64,000 nucleotides of DNA, taken from contig JBKAGE010000080.1 of assembly GCA_046290225.1 (NCBI GenBank), forward strand, positions 32,001-96,000, given 5' to 3'. Below are positions 9,100 to 19,845 of the stretch, in pieces. Below the pieces are notes generated by a model that was given only the letters and a program-made list of their open reading frames with translations, did no database searches and was not told where the DNA came from. This DNA comes from Bradymonadia bacterium. GTDB taxonomy: Bacteria > Myxococcota_A > Bradymonadia > UBA7976 > UBA1532. How positions within the stretch are numbered: the stretch's first letter is position 1; each line of letters begins with the position of its first letter. The position numbers and the translations under genes are program-made.

Positions 9100-11109
9100 A
9101 TGGAGAATCAACCCATGGATCCCCTCGCCCATCGCCGACTCGTGGTCTGTCGTGGCGCGCCCGAAGAGACCCTTCACCACGCCCACAGGCTGGTGGCCGA
9201 CCTCGACCCTGCCCGCGTGCTGTGGATCAGCCCTGTAGATCCAGCACCGGCGGTGGACTTCCAGTCGCTGCGTCATCATCTGGGTGGTACCTTCGACGCG
9301 GTGGTCTTCGACGCCCACCACGGGGTGCTCCCCGATGCCCTGGGCCAGGCCCATGGCCTGATCCGCGGCGGCGGTGCCCTGCTCTTGAGGCGCCCCGAGG
9401 GCCCACTCTCCACAGGACCTGCTCTGCGAGAGCAACTCACTGTTCAGCCCTGGCCCGCAGATGCAGTCGGCAATCGATATCAACGCTTCTTCGAGTCAGT
9501 CGTCGACTCGCCCTGCAGTGATGCGCTGGTGAAGCCACCTATGGCCCCGATTGTGGGCACCTCGGAACAGCGAGCGCTCTCTGAACGCCTCGCTCATATC
9601 TTTGCTGGCAACGAGCCGAGCCTCACAGTGCTCACCGCCGATCGTGGCCGGGGCAAATCCAGCGCCCTCGGCCTCGCCCTCGCGCGGACCCACCGACGGT
9701 GTGCCATCACCGCCCTCAACGCCCGGGCCGCAGCAGAGGTGATCCGCTTCGCGGGCCCCCAGCACAGCTTTGTACCGCTCCATGGGCTGCTCCACGCCAC
9801 CGAGACGCCACCTGAGGTCATCGTCATCGACGAGGCCGCTCAAATCGGCGTGCCCCTGCTTCAACGCATCGTACGCGCCCACCCGAGAGCCCACATCGCC
9901 TTCGCCACGACGACCACGGGCTACGAGGGCACAGGCCGGGGCTTCGTGCTCAAGTTCGTGGCGTGGCTGCGTGCGCTTTCGACAGAGACCTGCCCACTGC
10001 ACATGCTCACGTTGAAGACGCCGATTCGCTGGGCATCGGGTGATCCGCTCGAAGCCTGCGTCCGTCGAGCGCTCCTCCTCGAAGCCGTACCGCCGCCACC
10101 CACCGCGCTCTCAGGCCCCATTGAGCACATCATCCTCGATCGCGACGTGCTCCTAGAGCAGCCCACACAGCTGCAAGACTTCTTCGGGATCCTCGTACAC
10201 GCCCACTATCGCACCACGCCGAGCGATCTCCTGCGCATGCTCGATGCCCCCAATGTGGAGCTGCACGCCCTGCAGATGGGGCAGCGCATCGTCGGCGCCA
10301 GCCTCGTGGCTCGAGAAGGCAACCTCGGAGCTGAGCGCTCGCGCGCCGTGCTCGAAGGTCGGCTGAGCCTCAGGGGCCACGCCCTGCCCGAGATGCTCAT
10401 CGGCCATGGTGGCTGGCTCGAAGCAGGCGACATGCAAATGGTGCGCAGCGTGCGCATCGCCGTGCACCCCGCCTTGAGGCGCCGCGGTCTCGGGGCCCGA
10501 CTCGCTGAGGGCGTGCATCACAGCACCCGACCCGACCTCTTCGGCACCCTCTTCGGCGCCACGCCCGAGCTGATCGCCTTCAGGCGCAGCCTGGGCTACC
10601 ACCTCGTACAGCTCGGGGTCTCTGCAGGCCAGAGCACAGGTGTGCCCAGCGCCGTCATGGTCAAGCCAGCCTCTTCACGGGCCTTCAAGCTCGTAGAACG
10701 CATGGGCAGCGCCCTCGCCCGGGACCTTCCGCTGCAGTTGGCGCTGATGCAAGCCGGTGATCACGTGGTGCTCGACCCTGAGCTGTGCACCACAGCGCTC
10801 TCTGCTTGCCCCGAACCTTCGCCTCTCAGCGAGGCCGAGCGCGACGCCATCACCTGCTCTGTCACCCACGGCCGGAGGCCTTTCGAGTCGGGTGCGGTGG
10901 CCGTCCGGGCCTTTGTCTCAGCCCATTATGAGGCACTCGAGACCCTGGCACCTGTAGAGCAACAATTGATCACCTGGCGGGTCATTCAAGGTCGCAGCTG
11001 GTCGGAGATGACTCACATTGCCGGACACCCGTCTATTCGAGGGGCAATGAGGGGCCTCCGCAGGGCCTTGAAACGGTTGGTGGAGCACACATTGGGGCCT
11101 CCGTGGTGA
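9100..11109 (+). CDS. tmcA: tRNA(Met) cytidine acetyltransferase TmcA-like
   Basis: LTADRGRGKSSALG, IDEAAQI, TTTGYEGTGRGF, PIRWASGDPLE, AHYRTTPSDL, RIAVHP.LRRRGLG. Confidence 0.88.
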   Translation: MENQPMDPLAHRRLVVCRGAPEETLHHAHRLVADLDPARVLWISPVDPAPAVDFQSLRHHLGGTFDAVVFDAHHGVLPDALGQAHGLIRGGGALLLRRPEGPLSTGPALREQLTVQPWPADAVGNRYQRFFESVVDSPCSDALVKPPMAPIVGTSEQRALSERLAHIFAGNEPSLTVLTADRGRGKSSALGLALARTHRRCAITALNARAAAEVIRFAGPQHSFVPLHGLLHATETPPEVIVIDEAAQIGVPLLQRIVRAHPRAHIAFATTTTGYEGTGRGFVLKFVAWLRALSTETCPLHMLTLKTPIRWASGDPLEACVRRALLLEAVPPPPTALSGPIEHIILDRDVLLEQPTQLQDFFGILVHAHYRTTPSDLLRMLDAPNVELHALQMGQRIVGASLVAREGNLGAERSRAVLEGRLSLRGHALPEMLIGHGGWLEAGDMQMVRSVRIAVHPALRRRGLGARLAEGVHHSTRPDLFGTLFGATPELIAFRRSLGYHLVQLGVSAGQSTGVPSAVMVKPASSRAFKLVERMGSALARDLPLQLALMQAGDHVVLDPELCTTALSACPEPSPLSEAERDAITCSVTHGRRPFESGAVAVRAFVSAHYEALETLAPVEQQLITWRVIQGRSWSEMTHIAGHPSIRGAMRGLRRALKRLVEHTLGPPW

Positions 11110-11387
11110 CACAGTTGTGTGACAATGCGATGAAAAGGGCTGAAAAGTGCAGTAAGAGTTGACTCTCGACCTCGAAAACCTTGTAGACTGGCGCGCAGAA
11201 AGATCATCTCAGCAATTTCGAGTTGAGTGATCAGTCTTCGAGCGCCGACACAAAGCCCCGTCGGAGTTCGAATTGTGAAGGCCCTCGCATGGTGCGCAAT
11301 CCCGCCACAAGACCGAGAGCCCCGAGTCGCTTCTCGTAATTGCGAGAGGCATAGGACGCCAGTGTGCGTCAGGAGAGAGTGAAAGAG

Positions 11388-11741
11388 ATGGGTAACAAAC
11401 TTTTCGTAGGCGGGTTGGCCTGGGCCACTTCTGATGAGAGCCTCCGCGAAGCCTTCGAGCAGTTCGGTGAGGTCGCCGACGCCAAGGTGATCACCGATCG
11501 CGAGACCGGCCGCAGCCGCGGCTTCGGTTTCGTCACCTTCGCCGAGGGTGGCATCGCTGCAACGGCCAAGGAGGCCATGGACGGTGCTGAGCTCGATGGT
11601 CGTCGCATCCGTGTCGACGAGGCTGAGGATCGCCGTGGTGGTGGTGGCGGCGGCGGCGGTCGTGGCGGTCGTGGCGGCGGTGGCGGCGGCGGTGGCTACC
11701 GCGGTGGTCACGGCGGCGGTGGCGGCGGTGGCCGCTGGTAA
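11388..11741 (+). CDS. RRM RNA-binding protein with Gly/Arg-rich tail
   Basis: RNP2 LFVGGL, RNP1 RGFGFVTF, GGR tail. Confidence 0.95.
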   Translation: MGNKLFVGGLAWATSDESLREAFEQFGEVADAKVITDRETGRSRGFGFVTFAEGGIAATAKEAMDGAELDGRRIRVDEAEDRRGGGGGGGGRGGRGGGGGGGGYRGGHGGGGGGGRW

Positions 11742-11758
11742 GTCGACCTGACTCTACG

Positions 11759-11785
11759 AGGCTCGCTTAGGCGGGCCTTTTTTTA
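11759..11785 (+). terminator. Rho-independent terminator
   Basis: AGGCTCGC-TTAG-GCGGGCCT hairpin followed by a T run. Confidence 0.85.
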
Positions 11786-11812
11786 TGCCCGCAAGCCAAC
11801 CTCCTGATCTGC

Positions 11813-13006
11813 TCACCCCTTGCGCTCGACCCGACCGTCAGCGTGCAGAGCGAACCTGCCCTCTTCTCGCTGATGCACCGGATCAGGCCTCGGCCAGGGC
11901 CACCCCCCGAAACGTGTGCGTTGATAATCGACGAAGGCCTGCCTGATCTCATTGGGGGTGTTCATGACGAATGGTCCCCGACGAGCGATGGGCTCTTTGA
12001 TGGGCCTGCCTTGCAACAAGAGCATCTGTACCGGCGCCGCGCCCGCCTCGATCGGTACCGGCAAGCCCCCCGCCAGCACCACCCGATGGCCACGCTTCAC
12101 CTCTCGGCCGGCGATCTTCACCGTGTCGCCGAGGAATACGTACAGCGAGCGCTCAACGTCGTCTTCGACCTCGGGCATCACCCACCTTGTCCCTGGATCG
12201 AGCTTCATCGTCCAGATGGCCACTTTGGCCTCTGGCCGTGAGGCCCAGGAGCTCGGGGGCGGGCTCTGAGGCACCTGACCATCGAGGGCCCCAGCGACGG
12301 TGGTGATCTCGATGGCTCGCCCAGCGTCGTCCGTCAACGCATGGGTGGGGATCCCCTCTCGCCAGAGCATCGTGAAGTGAGGCTCCACCATTTTGTTGGC
12401 CTTGGGCAGGTTGAGCCAGATCTGGAACAGCTCGCAGGGGTTGTCCTCTGCTTGGGAGCGCAGCGGGAACATCTCGGCGTGCACGATGCCTCGACCGGCG
12501 GTCATCCATTGAGCGTCGCCTGTTCCAAAGCGTGCGGTAGCCCCCATGGAGTCGCTGTGATCGATGAAGCCCTTCCGGGCGAGGGTGACGGTTTCGAAGC
12601 CCCGGTGTGGATGCTGTGGAAACCCGGGGACCTCTTCGCCGTGGTACATCGACCAGCCATCCTTGCCGCCGAAGTCCATGCCGATGCGCCGGCCGGCGAG
12701 CGACACCGCAGGACCCATCTTCTCGTTGCCCTTGGGGTAGGCGTCATCGTGATGGGCGCAGAACAAGAACGGATCGGAGGTCTGCCATGGAAACGTCAAT
12801 GGCTCCACGGCCTGAATGAGCTGATCTGCGTTCACCTGAACCTCCTGGGTATTGGATGAAGTCTTGTCTGGCTGAGGATCTGGAGCGGCACTCGCCTCTG
12901 GCGCAGTGGTACTGCACCCCACAGCACTCACAGTGGCGCTGGTGGCGGCGACGGCTTTCATGAAGTCTCGGCGGCTGACGTCCTCTGTCTGGCTGGGCTT
13001 TGACAT
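11813..13006 (-). CDS. Pirin family protein with Tat signal and probable lipobox
   Basis: DPFLFCAHH, GFPQHPHRGFETVT, WMTAGRGIVHAE, FQIWLNLP, GPFVMN; N-terminal SRRDFMK...AVGC; GGAG RBS before ATG 13006. Confidence 0.9.
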   Translation of the reverse strand: MSKPSQTEDVSRRDFMKAVAATSATVSAVGCSTTAPEASAAPDPQPDKTSSNTQEVQVNADQLIQAVEPLTFPWQTSDPFLFCAHHDDAYPKGNEKMGPAVSLAGRRIGMDFGGKDGWSMYHGEEVPGFPQHPHRGFETVTLARKGFIDHSDSMGATARFGTGDAQWMTAGRGIVHAEMFPLRSQAEDNPCELFQIWLNLPKANKMVEPHFTMLWREGIPTHALTDDAGRAIEITTVAGALDGQVPQSPPPSSWASRPEAKVAIWTMKLDPGTRWVMPEVEDDVERSLYVFLGDTVKIAGREVKRGHRVVLAGGLPVPIEAGAAPVQMLLLQGRPIKEPIARRGPFVMNTPNEIRQAFVDYQRTRFGGWPWPRPDPVHQREEGRFALHADGRVERKG

Positions 13007-13167
13007 GGGGCACTCCTGGCGAATCTCTGACATGTGTTGATGCTCTGACACTATGGGCCGCCGCAGCGCCTTGGAAAGGGCGCCACAGGAAACACACCGT
13101 TCCTGTCGTCTCGAGTCGGCCTCTGTCGCCCATATCGATGTTGATCACTTCATGAGGCATCGATCCA

Positions 13168-16100
13168 TGCATCAGACCCACGCAGCCCCTCTCCGCCTCG
13201 AGCCCACCACCACCCACGGCGCCCCTCAGACCGATGCGGCAGCAGGCGCTGTCGGGGCTCAGCTACAGGCCATGGAGCTTTTGGGGCACATGGGTCCACA
13301 ACACATGGAGATGTCACCGGTGGCGCAGAGCGCCGCACTGCAGCCCATGGCCCAGCCCACGGGTCCGGCTCGAGCGCCCACGGCGAAGCCCATACCAACA
13401 CGCCACGGATCATCCTCTCGAGGGCTCGAAGAAGAGCTCGCGCTCGATGAAGACGAGTTGCCGCCTGAGGCCCCTCCAGAGGATGGCGATGTGGCAACCG
13501 CCGAGACTCAGTCAGACCCTGATGAAGCTGAGGCTCAGGAGGAGACGCCTGTAGAGGCTGAAGCCATAGAGGAGGATGCACCGCCTCCGGAAGAAGAGGT
13601 GATCTCCGATGCCCCGAACGCCCACGATGGAGAGGCACACACCAGCGAAGAAGAGGGCGACGAGGAGGCATCACCCAACCACCCACCTCAGGCTGAGGGC
13701 CCCACACACACGGACGCTGAGCACGCGAACACTGAGCACACGGACGCTGGCCTGGCAGACACAGAGCATACAAGTGCCGAGCAAAACCCACATCCACCCG
13801 AGGCGGGTGAGCACACAGACGATGTTGGTCCCAAGGATGCTCAAAGCAACGACCCTCAGAGCAAAGACGACACGCAAACGCTCGACGCCCCACCTGAGCT
13901 GAGCGCAGCTCTACAACACCCAGAAACCACTGGCGCGCCCTCTCCGCTGGAGCAGCACGGGCACGCACCAGCGTTGACACCTGGGGCAGAGCACATGCTC
14001 ACGCCAGAGCAGAACATGGCAGTGGATCCACAGCTCAACCTGCCTGCCTCTGCGCCGACACTTGTTGCCCCCGCTGTGATGTCTCCTGCCGTCGGGCAGA
14101 AGATGGCGGGGCCCCTCGCTGGGGTCTCCATCCCCGACAACGTCGTCTCTGAGCAGGTCATGCGTTTCATCGCCCCTGATCTGGCCACCACCCTCGACGA
14201 GGCCTCTGACCGTGGCGCTCAGGGGCTCTCGGAGCAGTTGGACCTCGTCGCGCAGGGAGCGACCTCGGCCGCCCACCCCATCGAGGCGCCCGCCGCTGCG
14301 ACCACGCCAGACCTCATCTCAGAGGGCGCAGCCTTGCTGCCAACATCCGATGCCGCAACAACGCTCTCCCCCATTGTCAAGCAAGCGCAAGGCCTTCAAG
14401 AGAGCGCCCTCGATGTCTTCGATGGCCAGGCCAGCGTCGACGCCCTGGTGCAGCGACCCGCTGATGACAGCGCGCCAGAGGGCACCCCACTCGTGGGGGC
14501 GCTGGCTGCTCTCAGCGAGCAGCTGAAGCCGCTCACCGAAGCTGCCGACTCGGCCTTTGCGGAGATCAAGACCAGCGTCACAGGCCATGGCCAGGCGGCG
14601 CAGAGCGCCCGCGACGAGGTACAGAGCTCCATCGCACAGGCTGATACAGAGATGCTGCATACGCCTGAGATAAAGCGACCTGCGCTGGCAGCCTCTCAGC
14701 TGGCAACGCCCACTCAACCACCCCGCAAGGTTGCGCTGCCCTCTGCGCCCAAGATCAAGTCGCCCGGCCACGCTCGAACAGCATCCGCAGATACACACAC
14801 AGAAGCCACGCGCTCGACGGGCGCAGAGCAGACAGCCACTCCGCCTGTAGCCGCGCCTCAGCCCGTCACCATGGCAGCCCCGACGCCCAAAGCCATGCAG
14901 CTCACCCCGCCCCTCCCTCGCGTCGCGGCGCAGCCGGCGAAGGCGGCAGCGCCAGTGATGGTTGCCCCAGCTGCCGAGGTCTCTGCGGGCGAAACCCCTG
15001 CGGCCCTCGACCACAATGCCGTGGACCTCGCCGTCGAGCCCATGGCGCCCGCGCAGCTCGACGACAAAACAGCGCCTTCTCCAGAGAGCGCGCCACAGTG
15101 CGAAGGGTGTGATGCCCCTGCTGAAGCCCCCGATCGGGGTCACACGCTCACCGAACAAGTGCCGCAGTTCAGCCACACACCCCAACCCATGAGCCCGCTG
15201 GCACCACTTGAGGGTGGGGTTGCGCCTGTAGTGGCGCCGCCTGAAGCCCTGATGGGTATCCCTGTCATTGGAGAAGCCTTCCAGCAACTCGGCGGTGACC
15301 TGCACAGTCAGCTCACCGAAGGCATGTCACACGTGAGCGAGGGCGTACATACACAGCTCGAGGGCACCCGTGGCGATCTCGACGCACAGCTGGGTGAAGC
15401 AGCAGAAGGTGCACGTACAACCTTCGGCGCTCAAGCAGAGCAGCTCGACGACGCGCTCCATGGACGCCAGGTGGCCCTCACCACAGCCCTGGGAGAGGCC
15501 GAGTGCGCTGTGGGGTGTGGTGCCAACACGCAGCGGGCCAGGGTCGGCCAGCAGGCTGGGGGTCGAACGGCTCAAGCCGAGGCGGCCACAGAGAGTCAGG
15601 TCGGCGAGGCCCACGCTCAGGGCGAAGCAGAGCTGGCGCGCATCACCGAGGAGGGGAAGTCCGGTGTCGCCGGGGCGCGTCGTCACGGCAAGACGGTCGT
15701 CACAGGCGTAGACGCCAAAGCCAAGACGTGCAGCGCTGAGACCAAAGCCCGCCTCGGCGCGCTCGCCACCGAGCTCACCGAGCACGAGGCCGCAGAGCTG
15801 ACGCGTCTCGACGAGACCAGGGCGCAGGCCATCAAGGATCTCGACGCGAAGATGGAGAGCGAGCGCCAGCGCATGGTGGACGAGGCCAAAGCCCAGGAGG
15901 CCGCCCTCGACGCCGAGATCGCCCGACGGGACAGCGAGATCCAAGGTGAGATCACCGAGCGAAAGACGCGACTCGATGAGCACGTGAAGATCGAGCACGG
16001 ATTCCTCGAGCAATCGGCGAAGACCGAAAAAGAGGATCTCAACAAGCAGCTCGCCAAGCAAATCGCCGCCATCGACAAAGAAACCACCGCTCAAGACAAG

Positions 16101-18380
16101 GCCCTCGAAGCTGAAGGCATCAAGCAAGCCAAAGCCGTCACCACCGAGGCACAGACACAGGGCAAGAAGGCCATCGCCATGGGCGAGAAGAAGGCCAAGG
16201 AGGCCATCGCCGCCGCCAACGCCCGGGCCAGCGGCCTCAGCGACGCCACCGAGGCGAGCAAGGTCCGCAGCCTGGGCTTCGATCGCGCCTCCACCGCCCG
16301 CAACCGAGCCAGGTCACGGGTCAGATCACTGGAGCGTCGGGCCAAGGTGCAATCGTCGGTGATCGCCTTCCAGACCAAGATGAACCGCGCGGGGCTCGTC
16401 GTGAGCGCCAAGCAGAAAAAGACCACTCTACAAGAGACCCACAAGGCCTCGGTCAAGGCCATCGACCAGCAGCTTGCCCACGGCAAGAAAGCTGTGCAGA
16501 AGCAAGCAGACGACGGCCTCAAGGCCATCGAGGCCGATCGCAAGCAGATGCTCGCGGCTCTCGCGCAGCACAAGCAGGACACCCTCGCCAAGATCAACCA
16601 GACCATCCAAGATGGGGAGGCCGAGATCTCCAAGGTGCGTGATGCCGCGCTCCAGAAAATCGAGACCGCCCACCAGAAGGCCGCAGAGCAGATCAAGAAG
16701 AAGACCGCCGATGCTCTGGCGAAGCTCGAGGCTGGATGCGATCGGGATCTCACTCGTCTGGAGCGGATGGCAGAGCGCACCAAGAAGCAGGTCACCGCAC
16801 AGATCACCACCGCCGAAGCCAAGATGAAGGGGCATATTCAGGTGGCGGCGCGCCGGGCGAAGCAGAAGATCAACCTGAAGGTGAACGCCATCAAGGCTCA
16901 GGGGCGGAAGGCTGTGAAAGCCGTGAAGACCTTCTCCGACGCAGCCCTGAAAGCCATCGACGCCTCCGCCACCGCGGCTCACATGGCCATCGGCAAGACC
17001 GGTACAGAAGAAGAGACCAAGATCCTGCAGGCCGGCAACATGCTGGAGCAGTCGCTCAAGCTGCTCGGCGACACCTACATGATCAACCTCAAGTCTGATC
17101 ACAAAGCTCGACTCAAGGGGCTCAAAGACAGCGGGAAGGCCGCGCGGAAGGGGCTCATCAAACACCGCCAGGCGCTGCGCAAGGACATCGACCAGGAGTG
17201 GGCCGACGACGCCCGGCGCGCAGCAGAGAAGCTGCTCGACGACAACGGTGTCGCCAACGTGGTCACCGACGGCGAGGCCACCGAGGCAGCCCTGATCATG
17301 ACCAGCCTGCCGGCGAAGGCCAAGAAGACCGCCTTCAAGGAGATGGACGACGATCGTTTCCAAAACCTGCTCGACGAGTTGCCGAGTGATCGCAAGATGG
17401 ATCTCTACGCCCACATGAGCGGCACCGAGGTCTCGGGCCACATCGCCCACAACTTCGCCAAATGGGCCGGTGAAGATGGCTACCTGAGCGCCAAGGAGAT
17501 CTCGGCTCTGATGGCTGACCCAAACATCACAGGCGAAGATGCAGCGGCTCTGGCCACCCTGCGCTCCAAGCTACAGGGCGCGAGCAAGCTCAACAATGAC
17601 GAGTGGGGAGACGAGACCACGGGCATGACCCTCGACGACTTCGCCCACGTGGCCAAGACGAAGGATCTCGACTACGGCTACACCTCGGGACTCGACTCGA
17701 TCAAAGAGAAGAAGAGCCAGGGACTGTTCACCGACCCGAAGCGGCAGGTGGACTGGCAGAAGATGAAGCAGAAGAAGATCGGGGATTGTTACTGGCTCGC
17801 CGCCCTCAACACACAGATCAAGCGAGACCCCGACTTCCCCAACAAGGCCATTCAGGAGAACAAAGACGGCAGCTACACCGTAACCCTGCCCAACCGGGGC
17901 ACCGTCACCGTCGAGCCCCTGACCGAGGCGGAGATGGCCACCACGGGCAACGCCGACGGCAACTGGCTCGCGGTGATGGAGAAGGCCTACGCCAAGAGCC
18001 GATCCAGCGAGCATGACGACGAGTACCAGGCCATCCATGGGGATCCCATCGAGCTGGGCATCAAAGACGCCACGGGCAATGAAGCCAACGTGGACAAGAT
18101 GAAGGATGTGAAGCCCACAGACACGGCGAAGAAGATGGAGGACGCCTTCAAGAACGGCAAGGTGGTCACTGCCTCGATCAGCAAGAGCAACAAGTACAAC
18201 CTGCCCGACGGCCACGCCTACACGGTGATGGGCTACGATCCGGTGAAGAAGACCGTCCAGCTGCGCAACCCCTGGGGCCACGGCGAGGGCAGCACCGGCG
18301 ACGGCAAGAACGATGGGGTGTTCACGCTCACGCTGGAGGAGTATCACGACATCGTAAGCCGTACGGCGTACGAAGACTGA
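13168..18380 (+). CDS. Giant low-complexity/coiled-coil protein with C-terminal calpain-like (peptidase C2) cysteine protease; start codon uncertain (13053-13306)
   Basis: QKKIGDCYWLAAL, MEKAYAK, GHAYTV, LRNPWG give the Cys-His-Asn triad; long A/E/K/Q helical middle. Confidence 0.85.
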
Positions 18381-18392
18381 CGAAGGCGACGC

Positions 18393-19172
18393 ATGATCAC
18401 CAGCAGCACCAACCCCCGGGTCAAATCAGTGGTCCGGCTCCAGCAAAAAGCCGCGGAGCGCCGGACCACGGGCACCTTCTGCGTGGAGACCCCCCGCACC
18501 CTCGAGCGGGCCCTCACCGCGGGGCTTACCGTGGACACGATCTACTTCGATCCCGACGACGCCCCCCCCATGCACCTGATGGAGCGCGCCCTGGCCTCTG
18601 GTGCCAGGGCCATGGAGGTGAAACGCTCGGTCCTCGAGAAGATGGCGTATCGCAATCACCCCGAGGGCTTCGTGGCGGTGATCCGTGGGCGGTCGACCAC
18701 GCTGGAGGATCTCGGCGAGGTGGGCTGGTGCGTGGTGTGCAGCAACGTAGAGAAGCCCGGCAACCTCGGGGCGATCCTCCGTACGGCCGACGGCGCTGGC
18801 GCCTCGGCGGTCCTCGTCGATCAACCTGGCTTCGACCTCTACAACCCCAACTGCATCCGGGCGAGCACGGGGGCGGTCTTCTCGATGCCGGTGATCTGCG
18901 ACACCGCAGCGCATCTACGCACGTGGCTCTCGGATCGAAAAATGCGCTGCGTCGCCGCAACCCCCGAGGCAGATCAGCTCTACACCGAGGCTGATCTCGG
19001 CGGCCCTGTGGCGCTGGTCCTCGGCGCCGAGGCAGAGGGTCTCGATGCGGACTGGAAAGCAGTGGCAGCTCCTGTCCGCCTGCCCATGCACGGCCTCGCG
19101 GACTCTCTCAATGTCTCGGTGACCGCGGGCATTCTGATGTACGAGACGCTGCGCCAGCGATCAGTCCGCTGA
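18393..19172 (+). CDS. TrmH/SpoU family RNA methyltransferase
   Basis: ITSSTNPRVK, EKPGNLGAILRTADG, LGAEAEGL, LPMHGLADSLNVS. Confidence 0.93.
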   Translation: MITSSTNPRVKSVVRLQQKAAERRTTGTFCVETPRTLERALTAGLTVDTIYFDPDDAPPMHLMERALASGARAMEVKRSVLEKMAYRNHPEGFVAVIRGRSTTLEDLGEVGWCVVCSNVEKPGNLGAILRTADGAGASAVLVDQPGFDLYNPNCIRASTGAVFSMPVICDTAAHLRTWLSDRKMRCVAATPEADQLYTEADLGGPVALVLGAEAEGLDADWKAVAAPVRLPMHGLADSLNVSVTAGILMYETLRQRSVR

Positions 19173-19433
19173 GGTCTTGAGATCTCTCACCGCCTCGACG
19201 GCGGCATCGATGCTGCTCAACACCCGCCGCGCATGCCGTAAAAAGACCTCCCCCTCCGGCAAAAGCGTGACCCCTTTCGAGGTGCGCTCGAACAGCGGGG
19301 TGCCCAGCTCATCTTCCAGGGCCCGCAGGTGTCGAGTGAGAGGCGGTTGAGATACATGCAATCGCTCTGCGGCTCCACGGAGGCTGCCCTCTTCGGCGAT
19401 GGCGACGAAGTATTCGATTTGGTGCAGGCTCAT
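19161..19433 (-). CDS. Short LysR-family regulator (HTH plus linker helix only)
   Basis: YFVAIAEEGSLRGAAERLHVSQPPLTRHLRALEDELGTPLFER; 90 aa. Confidence 0.88.
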   Translation of the reverse strand: MSLHQIEYFVAIAEEGSLRGAAERLHVSQPPLTRHLRALEDELGTPLFERTSKGVTLLPEGEVFLRHARRVLSSIDAAVEAVRDLKTSAD

Positions 19434-19449
19434 GGGCCCTCCTTCATGA

Positions 19450-19790
19450 AGAGAGAGTTTCGGGCACGGGCACGGGCACGGGCACGGGCACGAGTTGATT
19501 CGGGTGTGGACCCGTGGCCCTGCATGACTCCGCGCGTGGGTTTGTGGTGGTGGAGGCTCTACTCGGCCCCAGCAACTTATCAGTGGAGGTTTTTGCGCTC
19601 AATGCGCCCCATGTGCAAACGGGAACATGGTTTACAGATCTGGCGAGAGCTGAACTCTCATGGCCTTCTGAAGCGTATCAACTCAGCCTCAATGACAACC
19701 ATCGCCCTGAGCTCAGGATGGGCTGCGGGTCAACATATGTATCAACTCGTGCCCGTGCCCGTGCCCGTGCCCGTGCCCGAAACTCTCTCT
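19450..19790. mobile_element. Fold-back element family A, copy 2
   Basis: AGAGAGAGTTT(CGGGCA)5CGAGTTGAT ... ATCAACTCG(TGCCCG)5AAACTCTCTCT; interior homologous to copies 1 and 3, with an extra ~30-35 bp. Confidence 0.85.
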
Positions 19791-19794
19791 ACCG

Positions 19795-19809
19795 ATACCC
19801 AATCGGTAT
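19795..19809. promoter_or_regulatory. LysR-type binding site ATAC-N7-GTAT
   Basis: ATACCCAATCGGTAT (T-N11-A dyad) between divergent lysR and map. Confidence 0.65.
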
Positions 19810-19845
19810 TGGACACCCACCCACCTTCCCGTCACCCTGTGCCGC

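Noticed and set aside
11159..11189. Sigma-70-like TTGACT...TAGACT upstream of the RRM gene
   Set aside because: The spacer is 19 nt, longer than typical, so it is left uncalled.
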